From the NCBI GenBank assembly GCA_964016885.1, contig OZ024741.1:306528001-306592000 (forward strand): a DNA stretch of 64,000 nucleotides, given 5' to 3'. Position 1 is the first letter of the stretch; every line of letters begins with the position of its first letter. Made by a program: the position numbers and the translations under genes. The stretch comes from Eledone cirrhosa. Taxonomy: Eukaryota. Shown here in pieces: positions 27,201 to 40,800 of the stretch. A model generated the notes under the pieces. It was not told where the DNA came from. It saw only the letters and a list, made by a program, of their open reading frames with translations, and searched no databases.

Positions 27201-30200
27201 ATGAACACAACTAATTTTGCCCAGAGAAGAGTGAGGGAAAGATAAGGAAATGTAGAAATATAAAAAAAAACTTAGCCCAGTACTGGACAGGTACTTTATC
27301 TATCAACCACAAAGAATCACTAAGGATGAAAGGCAAAGTTGAGCTTAATGGGATTTGAACACAGACCATAGTTAGTCAGAACAAATACCAGGATATTTAA
27401 TCTGATACCAGGATATTTAATCATCATAAAGGTAGCTCAATGTAAATTCAAACCATCTTCAACTATCAGAGCCAGTGCCTGTGTAATTAGTATCCTAGAG
27501 TAGCTCTACAACATGTGTCCCTTTCTCTTGATTATGTGCCTCATTTTCACAAATAATATAATTTCATACTACAGTTTAGTAAACTGATGGACTCAGAATT
27601 TGGACTGAAATCTCAAGAAAACCATATAGCATGGAAGAAAACTTTACAAATAATTAAATATTAGTGTCACAAAAGGTCTACTGACACAAAATGATTGCTC
27701 CACAATTTCTTTGTTTTTCAACCTTAAATTCTTCCTCCTCCAAACTTTAAGCATACCATAGACAATCTGTACTCCCCTTACTATCTAGGCTTTTGTATTG
27801 AAGCTAACCAGGTAATATGGGGAAATTATTAAGTTAAATTAAATCTAGGCTGAAATGTTGATATATACAGAGTGAATGTCTATTAAAACATACTTGGTAG
27901 TTGGAGTCCCATCGTGGATTATTATAATAAATGTTTCTACTTTTGGCACAAGGCCAGCAATTATCCCAGTGCATTACTGGTACTTTATTTTATCGACCCC
28001 GTAAGGATGAAAGGCAAAGTTAACCTCGGCGGGATTTGAACTCAGATCGTAAAGGGCCGTAACTCTATGCGTCAAAGCATGGTGTCCAATCCTCTACCGA
28101 TACTGCCAATCTACCAAATTATAATAATTGTTTCTACTTTTGGCACAAGGCCAGCAATTACCCAGTGCATTACTGGTTCTTTATTTTATTGACCCCGTAA
28201 GGATGAAAGGCAAAGTTAACCTCGGCAGGATTTTATAATAATTGTTTCTACTTTTGGCACAAGGCCAGCAAATATCCAGTGCATTACTGGTACTTTATTT
28301 TATTGACTCCATAAGGATGAAAGGCAAAGTTAATCTCGGCGGGATTTTATAATAATGATATCTAATTAAGACATAAAACCAGTAAATTTTGGGGGAAAAG
28401 GCAGACTTCATTGAATCCATCTTCTGAGCCAGAATATATACTGCAATGGCATTTTATCTGATGCTCTATCAATTCTGTCAATCTCTACACTAAATTATTA
28501 TAATAATAGAATTTGTATTAACAATTTATCATTTACATGACTCTACATCCACTATAATGTTTTCGAAGTAAAGGCTTTTTCCTTAAATAATTATCTTACA
28601 AAATATTGAATCTATGAGATTTTGATATTATTTATTTTAAGAACAATACATTGACACCAGCCTAAGCGACCGGTTACAGCTAGTTTGAACAAAATAATGT
28701 GAGATAATTCTGGCTGGACATAGCTGGTTTAAATTTTAAAATGTTAAACATACATATATTATAAGTATACCTTCACATTTACATTCAAATATCCGAATGA
28801 TTTGTTCTGCAGTGTCGTGCATAATTCAAATTGAATATTCTAAAGTTAAAATGTGTGATGGTGATTAATGACGTACAGGAAAATTTGTGAGGGACAAATT
28901 TTCCAAATCACCACATCTCATTGTTTAACTAAACTCTTAACTACAAAGACCATATCCATACCTCCATTACGCCACAAAACCTAGGCAGCTGTTCAATCAC
29001 TCAACATACACACCTACCATTTCCTCATAAACATTACTCTATACAGTAATAACATGATAAAATACACTCAATACACTTCGTAAATTGTAGGGATGTACAG
29101 GATCAAGATGTTTCCCTCAACCCCTCTTTGACGACAATGGCCCAATTGTGTGTTGACATGGTCTGTGATAGCTCATCTAACCTATGTTAGCATGGAAAAG
29201 TAGATTTTAAATGACAATGATACAATTCCAGATATAAGTAGGAGTACATCAGGGTTTGGTCCTCAGCCCGCTCTTGTTCATTATAGTCCTTCAAGCCATA
29301 ACAGAGGAGTTTAAGACTGGCTGCCCATGGGAACTTCTCTATGCTGACGATCTGGTACTTATAGCAGAATCAGTAGAAGAACTAGAGAATAAATTCTGGC
29401 TGTGGAAACAGCAGTTGGAATCAAGAGGACTGAGAGTGAACATAGCGAAGACAAAAGTGTTGATAAATTGAAAAGAAGACAAAACCCTTATTCCGTCAGG
29501 GAAATGGCCATTTTTGATATGTAGAAAAGGAACTGGCATAAATTCTATAAAATGCACACAGTGCAGATCTTGGGTACACAAGAGATGTAGTGGGATAGCA
29601 GGCAAACTAACAGGTAGGAAAAACTACGTATGCAGTAGATGTATAGGGAAATTTGACAGTAGAAGTCACAGTGATAGACACATTTTTCAAATGGAGGTGG
29701 GTTCTATAGAAGTGGTTGATAGCTTCCGGTACCTAGGTGATCAGATTAGTATGGGAGGGGGTGTTCTGAGGCCATAGTATCTAGAATAAGGACGGGAGGG
29801 AGCTGCTTCCTCTGTTGACAAAGAAAGGTTTCTCCCTGCGTACGAAAGGCTGGTTATATGATGCCTGTGTGAGATGCGCGATACTGCTTGGTAGTGAGAC
29901 ATGGGCAGCAACTGCAGAGGATATGCGACGGCTGGAGAGAAATGAAGCAAGCATGCTCCGTTGGATGTGCAATGTGCATGAATGACCAAGCATAGATGAG
30001 TTGAGAGAAAAACTGTGTATAAGAGGGATAAGTTGTAGTGTGTGGGGGGGAAGACTGAGATAGTATGGACATGTGATGTGCAGGGAGGATGACCGCTGGG
30101 TAAAGAAGTGCCAAGAAATCCCAGTAGAAGGAAGACGCAGTAGAGGAAGACCATGAAAAATATTAGCTGACGTGGTGAGAGCAGACTTCAGATCGCTGAA

Positions 30201-33200
30201 GCTCATGGAGGAGATGTCGAAGGACGGTGAAAAGTGGAGAGATGCTGGGCTGAATCGGACCTGTCCCACCCTTGCAAACAGGGAAAAGCAGACGTAAAAT
30301 GATGATGATGATTATGATGATGATGGTGGTGGTGGTAGTGGTGGTGCTGGTGATGATGATGAAGATGATGATGATGATGATGACAGCAACACAAACTTGA
30401 GATATTATTCTTAGTTATATATGAATACGCTACACAAACTTTTTTTGATTTACATACACACACACTACCATGAGAGTGTGTGTGTATGTGTATGTGTGTG
30501 TTTATATAATCTGCAACAGACATATATTTAACTGTTCACTGAAAGTTGATAAAATAAGGTAAGAACTTACCTTGTGGGGTGGCACATAAACTTTCCTGAC
30601 AAGAGACTTTCCCCGTCCTTAAGCAGCTACATTTATCACAGCCATTAACACTCATGAACATTACACCTACTTTGTATGTGATACCATGATACACACATGT
30701 CACTGCTGCAAATTAGAATGAGCGAGATAAATAAATTAAGACTGTATTATATGGAAGGAAAGGAAAAGGACCTTAACTCCCACTGGAGCACTAATCCCTC
30801 TTCAGGTAGGAACACGGCTAATTTTGTCCAGAGAAGAATGAGAGAAGGATAAGGAAATGTTAAAATATGAAAACATTGAGCCCATACTGGACTGGTACTT
30901 TAAAGATGAAAGGCAAAGTTGAGCTTAATGGGATTTTAACACAGACTATAGTGAGTCAGAAAAAATTCAAACGTATTTAATCTGATGTTCCGACTCTGTT
31001 AATTCATGACCTTTGTATTATATGAAACAATGAAATTCTACTATTGTTATACATTCACCAAAGACAGAATTTTCATCGCAAAGGTAGCTGAATGTAAATT
31101 CAAACCAGCTTCAATAATCAGAGCCAATACCTGCGTATTTAGTATCCTAGACTAGCTCTACAACATGTGTCCCTTTCTCTTCATTGTGTACCTCATTTTC
31201 ACAAATAAAATAATTTCATACTACAGTTTAGTAAATTGATGGACTCAGAATTTGGACTGAAATCTCAAGAAAACCATATAGCATGAAAGAAAACTTTACA
31301 AATAATTAAATATTAGTGTCATGAAAGGTCTACTGACACAAAATGCTCCACAATTTCATTGTCTTTCAACTTTAAGCGTACCATAGACAATCTGTACTCC
31401 CCTTACTATGTAGACCTTTACATTGATGAAGCCAACCAGGAAATATGAGGAATATATTAAGTTAAATTAAATCTATGCTGAACTATATATATATATAGTG
31501 TGAATAACGATTAAAACATACTTGGTATTTGGAGTCACATGGTGGATTATTATAATAATTGTTTCTATATTTGCCACAAGGCTAGCAATTATCCTACTGC
31601 ATTCATGGTACTTTATTTGACTGACTCCCATCAGGATGAAATGCAAAGTTATTCTGGGCAGAATTTGAGCTCAGAATGTAGAGGGCCGTAACTCTATGCT
31701 GCAAAGCATGGCGTCCGACCCTCAAACCAATACTGGCATTTTAATAATGATGTCTAATTAAGACACAAGACCAGTAAATTTGGGGAAAAGGGAAAGTTCA
31801 TTGAATAAATCTCAATATTTGACTGATTACTCCAGGGGTATGAAAATGAAATTTGATCTAAGCGAAATGTAAACTCAAATCTTCAGAGCAGAACCTATAC
31901 CACAATAGCATTTTATCAGATGCTCTATCAATTCTGGCAATCCACTACACTAATAATTATTATAATAATAGAATTTGTATTAACCCCGAAACATTTACAT
32001 TAGTCTACACCTAATATTATATATTCATGGAAAAGGCTTTACCTCACATAAAATCAAATCTACAAGATTTTGACTTTGTAAATTGTAGGAATATATAGAA
32101 TCAAGATGGTGCCCTCAGCTCCTCTTTGAGGACAATGGTCCAATTGTGTGCTGACATGGTCTGTGATAACTCATCCAACCTATGCTATTGCAGCACGCTA
32201 CTTTCCTAGGGCTCATTGATACCTTTTTCCGTGCATTGTTTGGCTGAATTCAGCCAATCGCTACCAGCATAGGGAACTGTATCTCACTTCCGCCCAAAGG
32301 GAGAAATTCCCGCTTCTTTTGAAAAGCTCTTTCTCTTTGCAGCCGGACACCGTTAAGGTAGCACCTCTTGAATTTGCTCAATAAACATTCCAAAATTTCG
32401 CTACAGAACTTTACCGCGTTTCTCACTTCAGACACTGGACCGCATCTTCTTTTACAGCATCTTAATTTGTTTATTCATTTCTTTTGGCATGCCAGTTAAA
32501 CCTTGGTAATCGATTTGTATATAAATTATATATAAAAAACATTATAAAGTCGTATGATGCTATTTACCACAACATTCCTTTAAACTGCTTCTTTGGTGAC
32601 TTCAATCAATACTAACACAATACACAAACATTAACATTCACAACACACATATCTATATCTTTATTTAATACTAACTTCTAAACTAACATTGAAAAGTTGA
32701 TTTTAAATGACGATGGGGAAGATGGCAACACAACCTTGAGATCTTATTCTTAGTTGTATATGAATACAATACTCAAACTTTTCTTCGCTTACATACACAC
32801 ACACTACTATGAGAGTGTGTGTGTATGAGTATGTGTGTGTTTATATAATCTGAAACAGACATATATTTAACTGTTCACTTAAAGTTGATAAAATAAGGTA
32901 AGAACTTACAATTTTGGGAGGTACAAGAACTTTCCTGACAAGTGACTTTCCCCATCCTTGAGCAGCTACATTTATCACAGCCATTAACACTCATGAACAT
33001 TACACCTGCTTTGTATGTGATACCTTGATACACACATGTCACTGCTGCAAATAAAAAAAAATGTGCCAGATTAACAAATAAAGGCTGTATTGTATGGAAC
33101 GAAAGGAAAAGGACCTGATGTTCTGACTCTGTTCATTCATGACCTTTGTATTATATGAAACAATGAACTTCTACTATTATCATACATTCACCAAAGACAG

Positions 33201-34834
33201 AATTTTCATTGCAAAGGTAGCTGAATGTAAATTCAAACCATCTTCAATAATCAGAGACAGTAGCAGAGTATTTAGTATCCTAGACTAGCTCTACAACATG
33301 TGTCCCTTTCTCTTCGTTATGCACCTCATTTTCACAAATAAAATAATTACATACTACAGTTTAGTAAACTGATGAACTCAGAATTTGGACTGAAATCTCA
33401 AGAAAACCATATAGCCTCAAACGAAACTTTACAAAGAATTAATTATTAGTGTCATGAAAGGTCTACTGACACAAAATGATTGCTCCACAATTTCTTTGTC
33501 TTTCAACTTTAAGCATACCATAGACAATCTGTACTCCCCTTACTATGTAGGCCTTTACATTGATGAAACCAACCAGGAAATATGGGGAATATATGAAGTT
33601 AAATTAAATCTAAGTTGAACTATATATATCATCATCATCATCATCTTTGTTTAACGTCCATTTTCCAGGCTAGCATGGGTTAATATCTATATATACTAGC
33701 AGCTGAGCCCGGTTGCACCCGGGGCCACTTTTTATTAAATTAATAATTAGAAAAATATTATTTAAAGTTTATTATAAAGAAGCAGTTTCATGAAAAAAAA
33801 TAGAAATATGCACTTGGGGCTGGACGGCGTACAATGAGAAGTGGAGCGACGTGAAAAGCGTTGTTTATTAACAGCGAAATAGCAATGTCGATGATATGCA
33901 ATTTGAAAAATACTACTTACTGTTAGTGGTGGTTAACATGTATTAGAATAAAAATAAAAACACGCGTCCCTTCTTCGCAATTTAAGGGTTTGGCGATACT
34001 TGGTTTTAGTGTCCTAAATTATCAACATCGACATTCAATTATTAGCTCCATCCACTACACGATACGTCACGACACGTCAGCAGCTGCTGCTTGATTTTTA
34101 CATGTTCATTTTCTTACATGCTTCATTTTTATACGAAAAAACATTGAATTTTTAGAATAAATATTTATTAAAATATTAACAGAGAAAATTAGATTTTTTA
34201 TTTATTTTTTGAACAAAATAAATATTTATTTACAGTTTTTCACAGAAAAACTATGCTTCATTTTTACATGAATATTTATTTACAGTTTTTAACAGAAAAA
34301 AAAATTGCTGCGAAATACATTTTTTTTAAAACAGATTTACAGTTTTTAACAACAGAAAAAAAATTTCTTTAAACAATATATTGTTGCGATATACAGTTTA
34401 AAATTTTTTCGAAATATTTACTTTCGTGACGTATCGTGTAGTGGGTGGAGCTAATAATTGAATGTCGATGATGATAATTTAGGACACTAAAACCAAGTAT
34501 CGCCGAGGGTTTTATTTCTTTTGATGGAAAACAGTGACTGTACTGCAGAATCGATTTCATAAAACGATACTGTATGATCGTTAAATGTAGAAGGATGATG
34601 AAATTGTAAATAAGACAAAAGTATTAGAACAGGGGGAAATAACTCACCAAACGCGATAGTTTTGGGGCCCCAGGGACCACATTTTTCAAGTTGGAGATTT
34701 GAAACCTCATCTATTTGCTTCCTTGGCACTTTTTACATAGGTTTGTAAATTTTCGCGTCAGTCCGACCACGTCTACTACCATTTAACCGTGCACATTTGA
34801 ATTTCAACCACCGCCCATTTCACAAATATATATT

Positions 34835-34890
<56 letters not shown>

Positions 34891-37800
34891 TGAATAACAA
34901 TTAAAACATACTAGGTATTTGGAATCACATGGTGGATTATTATAATAATTGTCTCTATATTTACCACAAGGCCAGCAATTATCCCAGTGCATTACTGGTA
35001 CTTTATTTTATCAACCACGTAAGGATGAAAGGCAAAGTTAACCTCGGCGGGATTTGAACGCAGATCATAAAGGGCTGTAATTATTTGCTGCAAAGCATGG
35101 CATCAGACCCTTTACCAATACTGCCAATCCAAATAATTGTTTCTACTTTTTGGCACAAGGCCAGCAATTACCCAGTGCATTACTGGTACTTTACTTTATC
35201 GACCCCATAAGGATGAAAGGCAAAGTTAACCTCAGCGGGATTTGAACTCAGAATGGCAAGGGCGGTAACTCTATGCGTCAAAGCATGGCGTCCGACCCTC
35301 TACCGATAATGATATCTAATTAAGACAGTACAAGCAGTACAAGTCAGCGGCAGCGTAGTAAGTAAGGCAATCAGAGATATGAAGATAGGGAAGGCAACCG
35401 GTCCATCGGGTATAGCTGCCGAGATGCTGAAGGCATCTGGGTCTGTAGGTCACACTATAACCACACGTATCGTTAACCAGGTAATACTAGAAGGGGCCAT
35501 ACCAAAAGATTGGTGCAGTAGCATCATTGTCAACTGCTACAAAAGTAAAGGCGATGCACTAGATAGAGGAAACTATAGAGGTATAAAGTTGATGGACCAG
35601 GTCAGGAAAGTAACAGAAAGATTTATAGCACAGCTGATTAGGGACCGGGTGAATATAGACGAGATGCAATTTGCGTTTGTACCAGGGAAAGGCACCACTG
35701 ATGCGCTCTTCCTTGTGAGGCAATTACAGGAAAAGTACCTAGCTAAAAGTAAGCCACTCTACTTGGCATTTGTCGACCTTGAGAAAGCCTTTGACAGAGT
35801 TCCACGTGCAGTAATCTGGTGGGCTCTTAGAAAACTAGGAGTAGATGAATGGCTTGTGAAAGCGGTACAACCATGTATAGGGGAGCAGTCAGCAAAGTTA
35901 GGATTAGCAATGAGTATAGCGAGGAATTTAGCGTATAGGTTGGGGTCCACCAGGGCTCTGTTCTTAGCCCTCTCCTGTTCATCATAGTCCTGCAGGCAAT
36001 AACAGAGGAGTTTAAGACCGGATGCCCATGGGAACTCCTGTATGCTGATGACCTCGCACTCATAGCTGAATCTATGGTAGAACTAGAGAATAAATTCCAA
36101 ACCTGGAAGCAGGGACTAGAGAGAAAGGGCCTCAAAGTCAACATGACAAAGACTAAGGTCCTTGTAAGTAGACGAGAAAACAGAACCCAGATCCCCTCAG
36201 GGAAATGGCCTTGCTCAGTATGTAGGAAAGGTGTAGGTAGGAACTCCATTCTCTGCCCCAAATGCAAACAATGGGTACACAAGAGATGTAGCGGGATCTC
36301 AGGAAGCTTAATTAAGAATGTAGGATTCACATGCAGCAGCTGTGCTGAAACAGCAAGCAAACAGCCACAGGAAACAAGTACCACCAATCTCTGGGAAGGC
36401 CCTGTAGAAACAGTAGACAGCTTCTGCTACCTAGGTGACCGAATTAGCAACGGAGGTGGGTGCTCAGAAAGTACAATAACTAGGGTAAGAACGGGATGGA
36501 AGAAGTTTAGGGAACTACTACCACTGCTAGCTGCAAAAGGCTTCTCCCTCAGAATGAAAGGCAGACTGTATGATGCGTGTATCCGAACAGCGATGTTGCA
36601 TGGTAGTGAGACCTGGGCGCTGAAGGTGGAAGACTTACGTAGATTAGAGAGAAACGAAGCCTGCATGCTCCGATGGATGTGTAACAGTAATATACGTGAA
36701 CGACAAAGCATAAAGGAATTGAGAGAGAGACTGAGCATAAGAGGAATCAAATGCTGCGTGCAGGAGAGGCGGTTACGCTGGTATGGACATGTGATGCGTA
36801 TGAAGGATGACAGCTGCATAAAAAGGTGCAGAGCACTAGAAGTTGATGGAAACCGCGGAGTGGGGAGACCCAAGATGACTTGGGATGAGGTGATAAAAGC
36901 CGACCTTACCCAACTACACCTCTCAAAGTCAATGACACATGACCATGACTTCTGGCGTCACGCAGCAATACAGGGTACCCGACCTCCCATGGGTACATGC
37001 TGAAGCATATAAACAATATGCCCCCACTCCCCCCACCGCAAGGTGGTCGTGGAGGTGCCACGGCAAAAAAGCACCCAGCCCACACTGTAAAGTGGACGTG
37101 TAGGCGCCACGAAAAAGCACCCAGCACTCACTGTAAATGAGGTTTGTGTTAGGAAGAGCATCCAGCTGTAGAAATCAAGCCAGATCAGTTCCTGTATGAG
37201 CAAGGCATGGTCAGCCGACCAGACACTGCCCACAACAGGACAACCCGTCTAACCCATGCTAGCGTGGAAGAACGGACGTAAAACGGTGATGATGATGACA
37301 CAAGACCAGTAAATTTGGGGAAAAGGCATAGTTCATTGAATGAATCTCAATATTTGACTGATTACTCCAGGGGTATGAAAGGGAAAGTTGACCTAAGTGA
37401 TATGTAAACTCAAATCTTATGAGCCAGAACTTATACCGCAACAGCATTTTATCTTATGCTCTATCAATTCTGCCAATACACTACACTAATCATTGTTATA
37501 ATAATAGAATTTGTATTATCCTTTAAGCATTTACATTACACTACATCTATTAGTATATTTTCATGGCAAAGCCTTTACCTCACATAATTATCTCACATAA
37601 TATCGAATCTACGAGATTTTGATATTATTTATTTTGAGAACAATAACTTAACATCAGTCAAAGCAGCCAGTTACAGCCAGTTTGAACAGGAAGTGGTGAG
37701 AGAATTCTGGCCGAACACACCTAGTTTAAATGCCAAAGGGTTAAACATACATATATTATGAGTATACCTTCACATGTACAATCAAATAAGCAAATGATCT

Positions 37801-40800
37801 GTTGTGCAGTCACGTGCAAAATTCAAATTGAATATTCTAAAGTTAAAATCTGTGATGGTGGTTACTGACATACAGGAAAGTTGCGATAGACAAATTTCCC
37901 AAATGACCACATCCCGTTGTTTTACTAAACTCTTAAGCACTAGCAGCATATCCATACCTCCGTTCCACTACAAAACCTAGGCACTTGCTCCATCACTCAA
38001 CATACACGCCTATCATTTCCTCATAAACATTACTCTATACACTAATAACATGATAAAATACGCTCAATACACTTTGTAAATTGTAGGAATGTACAGGAAT
38101 AGGATGCTCCCCTCAGCCCCTCTGTGAGGACAATGGCCCAATTGTGCGCTGGTATGGTCTGTGATAACTCATCCAACCTATGTTAGCATGGAAAAGTGGA
38201 TTTTAAATGACAATGATAAAGACAGCAACAACAAACTTGAGATCTTATTCTTAGTTGTATATGAATGCACTACTCAAACTTTTCTTCGCTTACATACACA
38301 CATACTACTATGAGTGTGTGTGTATGAGTATGTGTGTATTTATATAATCTGCAACAGACATATATTTAACTATTCACTAAAAGTTGATAAAATAAGGCGA
38401 GAACTTACATTTTGTGGTGGAACATGAAGTTTCTTGACAAGTGACTTTCCCCATCCTTGAGCAGCTACATTTATCACAGCCATTAATACTCATGAATATT
38501 ACACCTGCTTTGTATATGATACCTTGATACACACATGTCACTGCTGCAAATAAAAAAAAAATGAGCCAGATTAACAAATAAAGACTGTATTGTATGGAAG
38601 GAAAGGAAAAGGACCTGATGTTCTGACTCTGTTAATTCATAACCTTTGTATTATATGAAACTGAAATTCTACTATTGTCATACATTCACCAAAGACAGAA
38701 CTTTCATTGCAAAGGTAGCTGAATGTAAATTCAAACCATCTTCGATAATCAGAGGCAGTAGCTGGGTATTTAGTATCCTAGACTAGCTCTACAACATGTG
38801 TCCCTTTCTCTTCGTTATGCACCTCATTTTCACAAATAAAATAATTACATACTACAGATAAGTAAACTGATGAACTCAGAATTTGGACTGAAATCTCAAG
38901 AAAACCATATAGCCTCAAAGGAAACTTTACAAAGAATTAATTATTAGTGTCATGAAAGGTCTACTGACACAAAATGATTGCTCCACAATTTCTTTGTTTT
39001 TCAATTTTGAGCATACCATAGACAATCTGTACTCCCCTTACTATCTAGGCCTTTACATTGATGAAGCCAACCAGGTAATATGGGGAATATATGAAGTTAA
39101 ATTAAATCTAAGCTGAACTATATATATATAGTTGATGGATCCAGCATATTTATCAATGCCAGGAACGGTTGTATATTTCAGCGTACTCAATAGGTAATGT
39201 AGGATACATTCCCAGAGTATACACATAGTTATTCGCTTCAATACAACACACTTCAAACGGGGGCCTATAGTAGATCCCGGACTCGAGTTTTGGCCACACT
39301 TAATGCAGCAGTAGGGTGCACTGCACCCTCTGTCTGCATATATTATGCAACAATGTATAATCGGTGCAATGGCTTCATCAGCGGGTATCGTCTAATCAAT
39401 AACCAATCGATCGACAGAATCCAGTCATATATATATATATAGTGTGAATAACGATTAAAACATAGTTGGTATTTGGAATTACATGGTGGATTATTATAAT
39501 AATTGTTTCTATATTTGCCACAAGGCCAGCAACTGGTACTTTACTTGACTGACTCCCATCAGGATGAATTGCAAAGCTAATCTGGGCAGAATTTGAGCTC
39601 AGAATGTAGAGGACCATAACTCTATGCAGCAAAGCATGGCATCCGACCATCTACATATACTCCCAATACATCGGCATTTTAATAATTGTTTCTACTTTTG
39701 GCACAAGCCCAGCAATATCCAGTGCATTACTGGTACTTTATTTTATCGACCCCGTAAGGATGAAAGGCAAAGTTAACCTCGGCGGGATTTGAACTCAGAT
39801 CATAAAAGGACGTAACTATGCTAGAAAGCATGGCGTCCGACCCTCTACTGATACCACCAATTCACCACCTTTTGGCATTTTAATAATGATATTTAATTAA
39901 GACACAAGACCAGTAAATTTGGGGAAAAGGCAAAGTTCATTGAATGAATCTCAATATTTCACTGATTACTCCAGGGGTATGAAAGGGAAAGTTGACCTAA
40001 GCGATATGTAAACTCAAATCTTATGAGCCAGAACTGATACCACAACAGCATTTTATCTTATGCTCTATCAATTCTGCCAATACACTACACTAATAATTAT
40101 TATAATAATAGAATTTGTATTATCCATTAAGCATTTACATTACACTACATCTATTAGTATATTTTCACGGTAAAGCCTTTAACTCACATAATTATCTCAC
40201 ATAATATCGAATCTACGAGATTTTGATATTATTTATTTTGAGAACAATAACTTAACATCAGTCAAAGCAGCCGGTTACAGCCAGTTTGAACAGGAAGTGG
40301 TGAGAGAATTCTGGCTGGACACACCTAGTTTAAATGCCAAAGGGTTAAACATACATATATTATGAGTATACCTTCACATGTACAATCAAATAATCAAATG
40401 ATTTGTTCTGCAGTCTCGTGCATAATTCAAATTGAATATTTTAAAGTTAAAATGTGTGATGGTGGTTACTGACAGACAGGTATCTGGTGATGGACAAAAT
40501 TTCCAAATGACCACATCCCATTGTTTAAGTAAATTCTTAACCACTAAGAGCACATCCATACCTCCATTCCACTACAAACCTAGGCAGTTGCTCCATCACT
40601 CAACATTCACACTTACCATTTCCTCATAAAAATTACTCTATACACTAAAGCCATGATAAAATACACTCAATACACTTTGTAAATTGTAGGAATGTACAGG
40701 ATCAAGATGCTGTCCTCAGCCCCTCTTTGAGGACAATGGCCCAATTGCGTGCTGATATGGCCTGTGATAACTCATCCAACCTATGTTAGCATGGAAAAGT

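Noticed and set aside
22280-28350. CRISPR-like recurring motif (aattgtttctacttttggcacaaggccagc)
   Set aside because: Eukaryotic context, irregular spacing, and the intervening sequences are homologous SINE bodies rather than unique spacers; no cas genes.
38377-38577. ORFs such as MLIWLIFFLFAAVTC.. look like single-exon secreted Cys-rich peptide (toxin) genes with signal peptides
   Set aside because: The starts are TTG, the hydrophobic stretch is the translated poly-T acceptor tract whose length varies between copies, and a conserved GT donor follows each module. These are exons, not separate genes.
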